Origin: a bacterium
GTDB lineage: Bacteria; Verrucomicrobiota; Kiritimatiellia; SPBP01
Assembly (NCBI GenBank): GCA_037135275.1
Contig: JBAXKQ010000001.1
Location: 1,172 to 65,171, forward strand
Reading direction: 5' to 3'
Length of the DNA: 64,000 nucleotides
Below the pieces are notes generated by a model. It was given only the letters and a program-made list of their open reading frames with translations, was not told the DNA's origin and did not search any database. The position numbers and the translations under genes are program-made. Within the stretch, counting starts at the first letter, position 1. Every line of letters starts with the position of its first letter. Shown piece after piece: positions 37,767 through 47,105 of the stretch.

Positions 37767-39149
37767 CTACCGGCGTCCGCGCCCGCCGCCGCCACCACGG
37801 CTGTGACCCCCACGGGATCCGCCACGGGACTGGCCCCCGCGGAAACCGCCGCCCGGCCGGTTGCCGACCGGACGCGACGCGCGACGCGCGTGCTGCACCG
37901 GCATCCCCGGCGGCGGTTTGACCAGCTCTTCGTCCGGTACTGAGCACTGGATCTTGCGTCCAATGAATTTCTCGATCTCCGGAATCGTAAACGCCTCGCG
38001 CTCGCAGGCAAACATGATCGCCGTACCGTTCTTGCCGACGCGCGCAGTCCGGCCTATTCGATGCACATAATCCTCAGGTTCATACGGAACATCGTAGTTG
38101 ATGACGTGGGTCACATCGTCAACGTGGATGCCGCGGGCGGCAACGTCGGTGGCCACAACCACCGGCAGCCTGCCATCCCGAAAACCGTCCAGCGTCCTCA
38201 TCCGCTTCTCCTGCGGCATGGCTCCAGACAGGAGCCCGCAGGCAATCCCGCAGACCTTCAGGTCGTCCGCCACCTGAGCGCCGATGTCGCGCCTGTTCAC
38301 AAACACCATAACCCGCGTCATGGCCTTCTGCTTGAGCAGGTTGGCCAGCAGCGGGAACTTGTCCTCTGACCGGATCGCATAGATGATCTGGTCGACTGTG
38401 TCCACGGTCACCTTGTCGGGCTCCACCACCACTTTTTCAGGATCCACGGTCCACTGCGACGCGAGCCTGAGCACTTCAGGAGACAATGTGGCGCTGAAGA
38501 GCATTGTCTGCCGCTTTTCCCTTGGCGGCAGATACCTGATGATGGTCTTGACGTCCGGTATGAAGCCCATATCGAGCATGCGGTCCGCCTCATCAAGAAC
38601 AAGAATTTCCACATGCTGGAGGTCGAGATGGCCGCGCCGCTTGAAGTCCATCAGCCGGCCCGGAGTGGCGGCAAGCACGTCGACACGCTTGTGCGTCAGG
38701 GTGTCCTGCTGGAGCTTGTAGTCCATTCCGCCAAACACAGCCATGCTGGTAAAGCCGGTGTACTTGCCGAGGTTGCCGGCGTCGTCAAGGATCTGGACGA
38801 CGAGTTCGCGCGTGGGCGCGAGTATCAGCGCACGCGGCGCGCCATTCCTGCGGTCGGCCTGTTTCGGGCCATTGAGGAAGCGCGCGAACGCCGCCAGCAG
38901 GAAGGCGGCCGTCTTGCCGGAGCCGGTCTGCGCCTGGCCGGCTACATCCTTGCCAGCCAGTGCGGGTGGCAGCGTGCCGGCCTGCACCTTCGTGCAGTAC
39001 TGGAATCCAAGGTCCGCTGCCGCGTGCAGCAACTCGGGCGGGAGATTCAAGTCCTGGAACCGCGTCTTGCCATCCGCCGGCGGCACCTGGAACTGGTCCG
39101 GAGTCCAGCCTTCATGGCCGGATGCCCCATGCCTGGGTTCGCCGCTCAT
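37767..39149 (-). CDS. DEAD-box ATP-dependent RNA helicase with C-terminal RGG-rich tail
   Basis: Q motif, AQTGSGKT (motif I), VLDEADRML (DEAD), SAT, and a C-terminus of GGGFRGGQSRGGSRGGHSRGGGGGRGRR. The start is placed at ATG 39149, preceded by GGGGG 4 nt upstream. The ORF stays open to 39410, which would add an Arg-rich N-terminal tail. Confidence 0.85.
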   Translation of the reverse strand: MSGEPRHGASGHEGWTPDQFQVPPADGKTRFQDLNLPPELLHAAADLGFQYCTKVQAGTLPPALAGKDVAGQAQTGSGKTAAFLLAAFARFLNGPKQADRRNGAPRALILAPTRELVVQILDDAGNLGKYTGFTSMAVFGGMDYKLQQDTLTHKRVDVLAATPGRLMDFKRRGHLDLQHVEILVLDEADRMLDMGFIPDVKTIIRYLPPREKRQTMLFSATLSPEVLRLASQWTVDPEKVVVEPDKVTVDTVDQIIYAIRSEDKFPLLANLLKQKAMTRVMVFVNRRDIGAQVADDLKVCGIACGLLSGAMPQEKRMRTLDGFRDGRLPVVVATDVAARGIHVDDVTHVINYDVPYEPEDYVHRIGRTARVGKNGTAIMFACEREAFTIPEIEKFIGRKIQCSVPDEELVKPPPGMPVQHARRASRPVGNRPGGGFRGGQSRGGSRGGHSRGGGGGRGRR

Positions 39150-39451
39150 GCGCCCCCTTTGTTCGTGAGGTGCCGGCCTGTCGCTCTGCCCGCGATGACC
39201 GTGCCGCTCCGGCCGCGACCGCTCGGGCGGTCCGCGGCGATCGCCACGGCGGTGATCTTCCGGTGCGCGGCGTTCGCCATGCCGTCCGCGGTGGGCGGAA
39301 TGCTGTTCGGGCTCCTTCTTTGCGACCGGCGCAGCGATCGGAGCCGCGGCTGGCGCATCGCGTCCGCCGCGCAATGTCTTGCGTACCTTATTGATAAGTC
39401 TTCTCAGCATTATAGATGCCTCTTTCTTTCAGCTTGATGCAACCTGACTTC

Positions 39452-40720
39452 CTACTCCTCAACAACCGGCAGGGTAACCTGGTGACCCACCGGCTCCACT
39501 GCGGGCACTTCCGATCCGGTCGCGCCAAGCTCCTTGAGGCGACGCGCACACGGTATCACACGGGACTGCAACGAACCGATACTGTCGTTGTACGACTTCA
39601 CTGCCGAATCAAGGCTGCGCCCGGTCTTGTTGAGATGTCCGATGAAGACAAAGAGCCGGTCGCAGAGCTCGTGGGCCTCGTTGGCTATCTCGCGCGTGTT
39701 CTCTGTCAGCTTCTGCTGCTGCCACGCGTAGGACACCGTCTTGAGCAGCGCCAGCAGCGTTACCGGAGTCGCGAGCAGCACGCGCTGATTGAATGCATAG
39801 TCGAGCAGGTCGCGGTCGCCCTCAAGCGCCGCGCTCAGGAATGCCTCGTGGGGAACGAACATGATTATGAAGTCCGGCGCCCGTTCGTACTGCTTCCAGT
39901 ACTCCTTGCCGGCAAGCTCGCGGACCCGCCCGCGCACCGCGGTGGCGTGGGCCTGCAGGCCGGCCTTACGCCGCGTGGTATCCTGGACTTCAATCGCATC
40001 CAGGTAGGTCTTCATGGTTGTCTTCGCATCAACGGCAATGATCCCCTCGTTGGGCAGGCGGACGATCATGTCCGGCTTGCCGGCCTCCGTCCGCTCCTGC
40101 TCATCAAAGTCAACATGCCTGACCATCCCTGCGAGCTCGACGATGCGCCGCATCTGGACCTCACCCCATTCACCTCGCGCGCCGCTGCTGGTGGTGAGGG
40201 CTGTGCTGAGGCTGCTGGTCGTCGAGCGGAGCTGGTTGTAGGCGTCTTTCAACTGGCCAAGGTGCTCATCGAGACTGCGGTAGGCGCCCTCCCGCTTCTG
40301 CTCAAGCTCCCGAACGTGCTCGTCAAGCGCCTTCAGGCTCTTCTCCATCGGAACAAGGAGCTGCTCGCGTGCCCGGCCGGCAAACTGCTCCGTGTTGCCC
40401 TTGAGCGCTTCCGCGGCCAGCGCCTGGAAGGCCTCGCGCAGCTTCTCCTCGGCACGGGTCAACCAGAGATTCTTGTCCCTTTCCGCCTCGGCAGCCTGCG
40501 AGGTCTCGGCGATCCGGGCCAGCAGCCCTGAGTTCTCGCGGGTCAACTCGAGGATCCGCCCCTCGAGACCGGGAACCCGATCCGCCTCCTGCCGCGCCCC
40601 CGCCCTTTCCTCCGCCAGCTGCCGCATCTGGGCTGCCCGCACCAACAGCGCCACAAGGTAGCCAATGGCCGAGCCCACCCCGGCAATCACAAGCATTATT
40701 GCTGTCGTCTCCAGTGTCAT
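39452..40720 (-). CDS. rmuC: DNA recombination protein RmuC
   Basis: N-terminal TM, a long coiled coil, and a conserved C-terminal RmuC nuclease-like domain (IIMFVPHEAFLSAALE ... LLATPVTLLALLKTV). Its start ATG overlaps the pfk stop (TGATG). Confidence 0.8.
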   Translation of the reverse strand: MTLETTAIMLVIAGVGSAIGYLVALLVRAAQMRQLAEERAGARQEADRVPGLEGRILELTRENSGLLARIAETSQAAEAERDKNLWLTRAEEKLREAFQALAAEALKGNTEQFAGRAREQLLVPMEKSLKALDEHVRELEQKREGAYRSLDEHLGQLKDAYNQLRSTTSSLSTALTTSSGARGEWGEVQMRRIVELAGMVRHVDFDEQERTEAGKPDMIVRLPNEGIIAVDAKTTMKTYLDAIEVQDTTRRKAGLQAHATAVRGRVRELAGKEYWKQYERAPDFIIMFVPHEAFLSAALEGDRDLLDYAFNQRVLLATPVTLLALLKTVSYAWQQQKLTENTREIANEAHELCDRLFVFIGHLNKTGRSLDSAVKSYNDSIGSLQSRVIPCARRLKELGATGSEVPAVEPVGHQVTLPVVEE

Positions 40721-41988
40721 CAGGTCAAATCTTTCGGTTGCCCGGTGTTGTCCAGCACGCTCTGCCAGAACAGGCCCCGGGTATCGATGTTCTTGCGCGC
40801 CCCAATCGCCAGTTCTGTCGGGATGTGCACGAACTGCCCGTTCCACACCCCGACAACCATCGCGGTCCTGCCTGACATCGCCGCATGAACAGCGTTGCCG
40901 GCAAGCTGGAAGCAGAACACCGAATCATCGGCATTTGCCGCCACGCTGCGGATGAGGTAGGAGGGGTCGATGTACTTGACGGCGACCGGCATGCCCGCCC
41001 TCTTGAAATGGCCGGTGATCTCCGCCTTCAGGTACAGGCCGATGTCACCAAGCGCCTTGTTGCCAGATGCGTCCGCGCCGGAGGTCACCACGAGTTCCTG
41101 GCCGGCGCCTTCCGCCACCACCACGACCGCGTGGGCTTTCCGCCGCAGCCTCTCCTCGAGGAACGACATCACCCTTGCAACCGAAAACGGCGCTTCCGGA
41201 ATCAGCACAAGATTGACGTCGCTGGACGCAAGGGTGGCGTAGGCAGCGACAAATCCTGCTTCCCGGCCCATCAACTTCACAAGTCCGACGCCGTTCCGCA
41301 CGCCCTTCGCCTCCATGTGCGCGCCGTCTATCGCGCTCTGACTCTCCTCCACCGCCGTTTCGAAACCGAAAGATCGCTCGGTGAAGGTGATGTCGTTGTC
41401 TATTGTCTTGGGTATGCCGATAACACTTATAGGAAGCCCGCGCCGCTCTATCTCACGCGCAACAACCAGCGCCCCGCGCTGGGTGCCGTCACCGCCAACA
41501 GTGAACAGTATGTTGATGCCGTTGCGGACCAGGTACTCGACCATTTCCTTGGGATCCTGGCCCCCGCGGGATGTGCCAAGGATCGTGCCGCCGTGCCGGT
41601 GAATGTCGGCCACAACATCGGGATTGAGCTCAAGCGGGAGGTGGCCGAATGACGCGACCAGACCCTCGTAGCCGTACCGGAGGCCGACTATGCTTCTTAC
41701 CCCGTACCTGTACCAGAGAACCATGACCAGGGCGCGGATGACGTCGTTCAACCCCGGACACAGCCCGCCGCAGGTTACCACCGCGGCCCGGACGGCGGCG
41801 GGATCGAAGAAACTCTTGCGCCGCGGGCCGGCTTTTTCAAGCGACGGCGGGTTCCGGTCGCAGCCCATGCACGTGGCAAGGGTCGCATCAACGAGGACCC
41901 GGTCGCCATTCTCAACAAAAGTGGTGGTTTCTACGTTTGAGTCAAATAGAGCTGGACCAAGTGTCGCAATACTGAACTTATCCTGCAT
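40720..41988 (-). CDS. 6-phosphofructokinase (ATP- or PPi-dependent, long form)
   Basis: GGLCPGLN, FTVGGDGT, GIPKTIDND motifs of the PFK-A family. 422 aa. Confidence 0.85.
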   Translation of the reverse strand: MQDKFSIATLGPALFDSNVETTTFVENGDRVLVDATLATCMGCDRNPPSLEKAGPRRKSFFDPAAVRAAVVTCGGLCPGLNDVIRALVMVLWYRYGVRSIVGLRYGYEGLVASFGHLPLELNPDVVADIHRHGGTILGTSRGGQDPKEMVEYLVRNGINILFTVGGDGTQRGALVVAREIERRGLPISVIGIPKTIDNDITFTERSFGFETAVEESQSAIDGAHMEAKGVRNGVGLVKLMGREAGFVAAYATLASSDVNLVLIPEAPFSVARVMSFLEERLRRKAHAVVVVAEGAGQELVVTSGADASGNKALGDIGLYLKAEITGHFKRAGMPVAVKYIDPSYLIRSVAANADDSVFCFQLAGNAVHAAMSGRTAMVVGVWNGQFVHIPTELAIGARKNIDTRGLFWQSVLDNTGQPKDLT

Positions 41989-42215
41989 TCATGTCTCCCT
42001 GCGGACGGGGAATGACCGTTGACACTGGAATACTGGCCAGCACAGATCATCCCCCGACGCGCTCACAATAGGAGCATCCCTGCTGAAACGCAATATCGAA
42101 CAGGAACACCCCGGACAGCGCAGCGGAAGAACCGGAGCACATACGCGTTGCGGTTGTTTGTGATCTTGAGACTCCGCCTTGTGCAGGCGAAGGTAAGCTG
42201 GTATTTTCCTGGGCA

Positions 42216-43106
42216 TTGCCGGAACGCGACGATTCTGACATGACGGAATCATTGAAACATAACAGCGCCAAGCCTCCCGCCCCTCAACCGACCTGGATCG
42301 GGCGAAGCGAAATCCCGGCCATCGAGGGTGCGCTGGAGCCGTCGGCTTATGTCGCGCGCGCCTACCTGGAGGCCCGCGACCGTGGGGGCGAGACGCCAGC
42401 CTGGGCGCGAAAACAGCCGAATGGACAGTGGCTGTTCGACATCGAGTACATAAGGAATGACGCGCAGGTCAACCTCCGCACAATTGGAATTGGCGAGGCG
42501 GCCGCCATGCTCGGCGCTACGCGGCGGGCCGTTCAGACCTGGGTTGACCAGGGAGTCATAGCCGCATCCGGGGGCGCGGACCACACCAGCGGCGAGCGTC
42601 GGCGAATCCTGCGCACCGAGTTCATGCGCGCCCTGCCCCAGCTCAAGAAGCGGCTCGAGACGCCCGCGGTCCTCGGCTTCAAGAGGCAGCGGTCCGAAGT
42701 GCATGGGGCAGGTGTCGCCACCAAGCCAACCCGCTCGCTTCAGCATGCTGAAAGCGTTTCGACACACGAGGCGACCGCCACGCGGAAGGATGCTCTCAAC
42801 ACAGCCACAGCCCCGCATGAGGCAGGAGGCGTAACCACTCAATCGCCAAAGGATGAGGCGCGAAGGGCAAAGGAACGGGCCGCACACACCATCGAGTCCA
42901 TGCTGAGGGAGGCGCGGGACGCAAAACGCATGGAAGAAGAGCAGGAGGCACAGGCAACCAGGATCGCCCGGAACCTGCTGGACGCCGTTTTCAGCAATGA
43001 GCTGACACGCGTCGACGCCATGCTGATGTTCACCGATATGGCGGGACACCAGAACATCCCCGCACAGGTAGTGACCAGGGTCCGGAAGCAGTTTTTTGGC
43101 AGATGA
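42216..43106 (+). CDS. hypothetical protein with predicted helix-turn-helix (excisionase/MerR-like) segment
   Basis: IGIGEAAAMLGATRRAVQTWVDQGVI resembles a DNA-binding HTH. The C-terminal half is charged and low-complexity. Confidence 0.35.
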   Translation: MPERDDSDMTESLKHNSAKPPAPQPTWIGRSEIPAIEGALEPSAYVARAYLEARDRGGETPAWARKQPNGQWLFDIEYIRNDAQVNLRTIGIGEAAAMLGATRRAVQTWVDQGVIAASGGADHTSGERRRILRTEFMRALPQLKKRLETPAVLGFKRQRSEVHGAGVATKPTRSLQHAESVSTHEATATRKDALNTATAPHEAGGVTTQSPKDEARRAKERAAHTIESMLREARDAKRMEEEQEAQATRIARNLLDAVFSNELTRVDAMLMFTDMAGHQNIPAQVVTRVRKQFFGR

Positions 43107-43134
43107 CCCCCCCCAGGCGCTCGCGGCCACTCGG

Positions 43135-43165
43135 TGACGGCAACGGCGTGCAGCTGCAGGCGGCG
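43135..43165. repeat. 31-bp intergenic repeat, copy 2 (GTGACGGCAACGGCGTGCAGCTGCAGGCGGC); contains perfect 10-bp palindrome TGCAGCTGCA (43150–43159)
   Basis: 26/31 identical to 14971–15001, with the same placement just 3' of a plus-strand stop codon. Confidence 0.4.
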
Positions 43166-43341
43166 CCCCCGGATTGTAGCGGATTCAAGCTGCCGGGAAG
43201 ATTTCCGGCAAGAGCCACAACATCACTTTTGCGGCCTGCGCAGGCGATATGAATTGGCTCAAAATGAATTGCGCGCCGGGGCGAAAGAGATAGAATGACG
43301 GCGTTTCACATCGGTGTGCGTGGTTTCTGCCGCCAGACACA

Positions 43342-45903
43342 ATGCGGCGCAACCGGGAAGAATCGGGCATGAGGCGGGTCAAACATCGTTTCTTCTGTGA
43401 TGGTGGAAGCATCTCCTCGTTGAGGCTAGGTCTGTTTGCGGTCTGCCTGATGGCGGCCGGTTATGCGGCGGCCCAGACAAACGTCGCCGGAACCGTTGCG
43501 GTTGCCGGGGTGTACTACAACGACCCGCCCTATCATTTCGTTGATTCCGAAGGCCTGCCCGCCGGTTTCGATATTGACCTGCTCAAGGCCGCCGCAGCCG
43601 CCACCGGCCTGGAGATCAGGATACGGATGGGCACGCCCGACGATATCCGCTCCGCCCTGGCAACCGGCGGAGTCTCAATGGTTGCCGGCACCTTCCAAAC
43701 TGCTGAAATCGCGGACTTTGCCGATTTCTGCACTCCTTATATCCTTGTCCGGTACTCGCTCTTCGCCGGCAGCAACACCAGAGCCAACTCCCCGGATGGC
43801 ATAAGCGGCAGGTCTGTCGTTGTTAGGCGTGGCGACGGCATCGGCCTTTTCGTAAGGACCAACAACTTCTCCGACCGGATCGTGGAAGTCGACTCATACG
43901 AGGATGCGCTGAATCTGGTGGCGTTCGGCCACTACGACTTCGCACTTCTGCCGACAGACAGGGGTCAGTACTCCGCCGATCAATACATGCTTTCGTCAAT
44001 GGTGAAGAGCGTCGGCAAGCCGGTGTGCCGCTCAGGATATGGATTCGTGGTGGCAAAGGGCGAGAAGGCGCTCCTCGATCGGCTCAACCAGGGATTGAGC
44101 AGGATAATCACCGAGGGAAAGTACAAGGAAATCGAGAGCCGGTGGCTTGCCAACTACACAGGGCCGCAGGCCAGGACGGCGGGCTTCCTGTACAGGAACC
44201 GGTTGGGTCTGGCCACTGCCGGACTTGCGCTGCTGGCCTCCTTCGTTGTCGCAAACCTCCTTATGCGGCGCAAGGTCTCAGTCCGAACAACCGAACTGAC
44301 TGCAACAATACGCGATTCCAGAAAGGCAAATGACGACCTGCGTGCGGAAATACATCGAATGGCCGCGATTCTGGGCAGTGCACCCTTCGGAATCATGGTG
44401 TTGACCGGCTGGGACTGGGAGTCGGAGGTCCTCTACTGCAACACAGCCTTCGTCAACCTGTTTGGTTACGAACAGGATGTTCTTCCCACATTCAGAAGCC
44501 TGGCAAACCTGATCTTCCCTGATGACGAATATCGCAACCGCTTGCAGGCGAGGTGGAACAACCTGGGCGAACAGAGCTCGTCGGGTGGCGGCTTCACCCT
44601 GTCGGCAAGCACCATGGACGGCAAGAAGAGGCACATTGACTTCCGGGCCGTGCCGATCGGCGACGGCCGGGTGGTCGTGATGTTCTCGGACGTCACCGAA
44701 AAAGAGTTGATGGAGGAGGAGCGGCAGCGCGTTGATGAGCAGATCCGCCAGTCCCAGAAGCTCGAGGCCATGGGCCAACTCGCCGGCGGGGTGTCACACG
44801 ACCTCAACAACCTGCTCGCTCCCATTCTCGGGAACGCGCAGCTCCTCCTGATGGAACTCGGCGCCGACAAGGATAAGGGAGTGCTTGCGCAGGAGATTGT
44901 CAGCGCGGCAAAGCGCGCCGGCGAACTTACGAAGCAGCTGCTTGCGTACGCCAGGAAGGGTAAATTCCAGGTGATCCAGGTGGACATCCACAGCAGCATC
45001 CATGAAGTCACCACGCTCCTTCAGCGCAGCATAGACAAGCTTATAGAGGTGAAGGAAGACTTGCAGGCCGCCAAGCCGGTCATAATGGGCGATCCAACCC
45101 AGATCAACGGCGCCTTTCTCAACCTGGGCGTGAATGCCAGGGATGCCATGCCCAACGGCGGCCAACTTATCTTCTCGACGCGAATGATAACCGCGGACAA
45201 GGAGATATGCCGCCGCCTGTCCCACGAGATCACCCCGGGCGAGTACCTGCAGGTGCGAGTGAGCGACACGGGAACCGGCATGACCAAGGAGGTAAGGCAG
45301 CGTCTCTTCGAGCCATTCTTCACCACCAAGCAGATCGGCAAAGGTACCGGCCTGGGCCTTGCCGCCGTATTCGGGTGCGTGAAGAATCACCACGGCACGA
45401 TTACCGTGGAAAGCGAACCCGGCAAAGGCACAACATTTTCCATCCTGTTGCCGGCCGTCGGCAAAGCCACAACGGAGGAGAAGAAGGAAGCCGCCTTCAC
45501 GCAGGGCACCGGGCACGTACTGATCATCGACGACGAGGAGACTGTGCGACGTTTCCTCGGCCGCACGCTTGAAAAGCTCGGTTATCGCGTCTCCCTCTGC
45601 CAGGACGGAGTGGCCGGTGTCGAATTCTACAAGAACAACTTCAAGGAGATCGACCTGGTCATCCTCGACATGATCATGCCTAACCTGGACGGCAAGGGAG
45701 CCCTCACTCAGCTCAAAAAGATCAACCCCGCCATCAATGCGCTGATAGTATCCGGATACTCCACCGACAAGACTGCGGTGGAGTGCATGAAACTCGGCGC
45801 GAGAGGTTTCCTTGCCAAACCGTGCCAGATTGACGAACTCGCCCGGTCGGTGTCGTTGTGCATAGGGGCCGGGATCGAACAGACAGAGGCGATACTGAAG
45901 TGA
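43342..45903 (+). CDS. hybrid sensor histidine kinase/response regulator with periplasmic solute-binding (SBP_bac_3-like) domain and PAS domain
   Basis: Signal/TM, a periplasmic SBP-like domain, a TM helix, PAS, HisKA (VSHDLNNLLAPILG), HATPase (GTGLGLAAV) and a C-terminal REC domain (LIIDDEE...ILDMIMP). Confidence 0.85.
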   Translation: MRRNREESGMRRVKHRFFCDGGSISSLRLGLFAVCLMAAGYAAAQTNVAGTVAVAGVYYNDPPYHFVDSEGLPAGFDIDLLKAAAAATGLEIRIRMGTPDDIRSALATGGVSMVAGTFQTAEIADFADFCTPYILVRYSLFAGSNTRANSPDGISGRSVVVRRGDGIGLFVRTNNFSDRIVEVDSYEDALNLVAFGHYDFALLPTDRGQYSADQYMLSSMVKSVGKPVCRSGYGFVVAKGEKALLDRLNQGLSRIITEGKYKEIESRWLANYTGPQARTAGFLYRNRLGLATAGLALLASFVVANLLMRRKVSVRTTELTATIRDSRKANDDLRAEIHRMAAILGSAPFGIMVLTGWDWESEVLYCNTAFVNLFGYEQDVLPTFRSLANLIFPDDEYRNRLQARWNNLGEQSSSGGGFTLSASTMDGKKRHIDFRAVPIGDGRVVVMFSDVTEKELMEEERQRVDEQIRQSQKLEAMGQLAGGVSHDLNNLLAPILGNAQLLLMELGADKDKGVLAQEIVSAAKRAGELTKQLLAYARKGKFQVIQVDIHSSIHEVTTLLQRSIDKLIEVKEDLQAAKPVIMGDPTQINGAFLNLGVNARDAMPNGGQLIFSTRMITADKEICRRLSHEITPGEYLQVRVSDTGTGMTKEVRQRLFEPFFTTKQIGKGTGLGLAAVFGCVKNHHGTITVESEPGKGTTFSILLPAVGKATTEEKKEAAFTQGTGHVLIIDDEETVRRFLGRTLEKLGYRVSLCQDGVAGVEFYKNNFKEIDLVILDMIMPNLDGKGALTQLKKINPAINALIVSGYSTDKTAVECMKLGARGFLAKPCQIDELARSVSLCIGAGIEQTEAILK

Positions 45904-47105
45904 AACGTCTCCAGCCCGGCATCGACGAGCTTATTTCCCGGCACAGCGACTGGTTGAGGGGCAGACGCATCGGCCTCGTGAGCCACGTCGCCGCCGTTGA
46001 TTCCCTCGGCTGCCCGTCGGCAACCCGGCTCGCCCGGCATTGCGGAGCCGGCCTCGTCTGCATCTTCTCGCCGGAGCATGGCTTCTTCGGGTCCGCCCCG
46101 CCGGGCGCATCGCTCCGCTCCCGCCGGCACCCCGGCCTCGGACTGCCGGTTTACTCGCTGTACGGCGAGACCAGGGAGCCGACACCTGCCATGCTGTCCG
46201 GCATCGACACCATCGTCTTCGACATACAGGACATCGGGGCGCGCCCCTACACCTATGTCTCCACCCTGCGCCTCGTCCTCGAGGCGGCCGCAAAAGCCGG
46301 GAAGAGAGTGATCGTGGCTGACCGCCCCGTGCCGCTGCCTTGTGTTGTCGACGGACCGATGACCGAGGATAACTGTTCGAGTTTCGTGTCGCTGATCCCC
46401 TCACCCATGGCCTATGGCATGACACCGGGCGAAGCGGCCACCTGGCTGGTGAAGACACTCCGGCTCGACCTGCATCTGGAGGTCGCGCCCATGTCCGGCT
46501 ACACGCGCCAACCGGGCAGGGACCCGGGCTGGCCGCCATGGATACCTCCGTCCCCCGGCATTCGCGCCTGGGAATCGGCAATGTGTTTCCCGGCAACCGT
46601 GTGTTTTGAAGGCCTCGGCGCGATCGACCATGGACGCGCAACCAACATGGCTTTCCAGGTGATCGGGAGCGAATGGATGCGTGGCGGGGATGTTGCCGGC
46701 TACCTTTCCGGCTTGAAACTGCCGGGCGTCATGTTCTACCCGCACAACTATGTCCCTTGCGCGGTCGACAGCGGGACGGCAATGCTGGACGGCATCCGCA
46801 TGACCATCACCGAACCCGGTCGTTTCCGGCCTGTCCGCACGGCAGTGTCGATCATTCACTGCCTCCAGGACCTGTACGGCAGGCGACGCGTCTGGGCCAC
46901 CGGCAAGAGCCGGCCCGAATTCTTCGATAAGCTCTTCGGCACGACATCAGTCAGGGAAGCCCTTCTCGACGGCGAGGACGGGGCGACAATAGCCGCCAGG
47001 TGGGATGCTGCCCTTGCCGCTTTCCGGTCGGCGCGAAAGCCGTGCCTCCTGTACAGCGACACCGAATCCCGTGGCACAGCCCACAGGAAAAGGGCAAGCC
47101 GGTGA
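45900..47105 (+). CDS. DUF1343 family protein (NamZ-like exo-β-N-acetylmuramidase)
   Basis: IGLVSHVAAVDS ... IVFDIQDIGARPYTYVSTL pattern of the DUF1343/YzbB family. A GTG start overlaps the kinase TGA stop (GTGA). Confidence 0.65.
   Translation: MKRLQPGIDELISRHSDWLRGRRIGLVSHVAAVDSLGCPSATRLARHCGAGLVCIFSPEHGFFGSAPPGASLRSRRHPGLGLPVYSLYGETREPTPAMLSGIDTIVFDIQDIGARPYTYVSTLRLVLEAAAKAGKRVIVADRPVPLPCVVDGPMTEDNCSSFVSLIPSPMAYGMTPGEAATWLVKTLRLDLHLEVAPMSGYTRQPGRDPGWPPWIPPSPGIRAWESAMCFPATVCFEGLGAIDHGRATNMAFQVIGSEWMRGGDVAGYLSGLKLPGVMFYPHNYVPCAVDSGTAMLDGIRMTITEPGRFRPVRTAVSIIHCLQDLYGRRRVWATGKSRPEFFDKLFGTTSVREALLDGEDGATIAARWDAALAAFRSARKPCLLYSDTESRGTAHRKRASR

Noticed and set aside
39416-40531. 371-aa plus-strand ORF antisense to rmuC, and 38613–39437 antisense to the helicase
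   Set aside because: Leu/Arg/Gly-rich composition with no motifs. The sense genes are well supported.
40885-41652. 255-aa plus-strand ORF antisense to pfk
   Set aside because: It overlaps the PFK GGDGT region on the other strand and has no signature.
42249-43130. 293-aa minus-strand ORF antisense to the HTH hypothetical
   Set aside because: Gly/Arg/Pro-rich composition. Neither strand is strongly supported, but the plus-strand product has an HTH-like segment and a start context, so the plus strand was preferred.
44278-45516. Three minus-strand ORFs (166, 182, 240 aa) inside the hybrid kinase gene
   Set aside because: The kinase has complete HisKA/HATPase/REC motifs on the plus strand.
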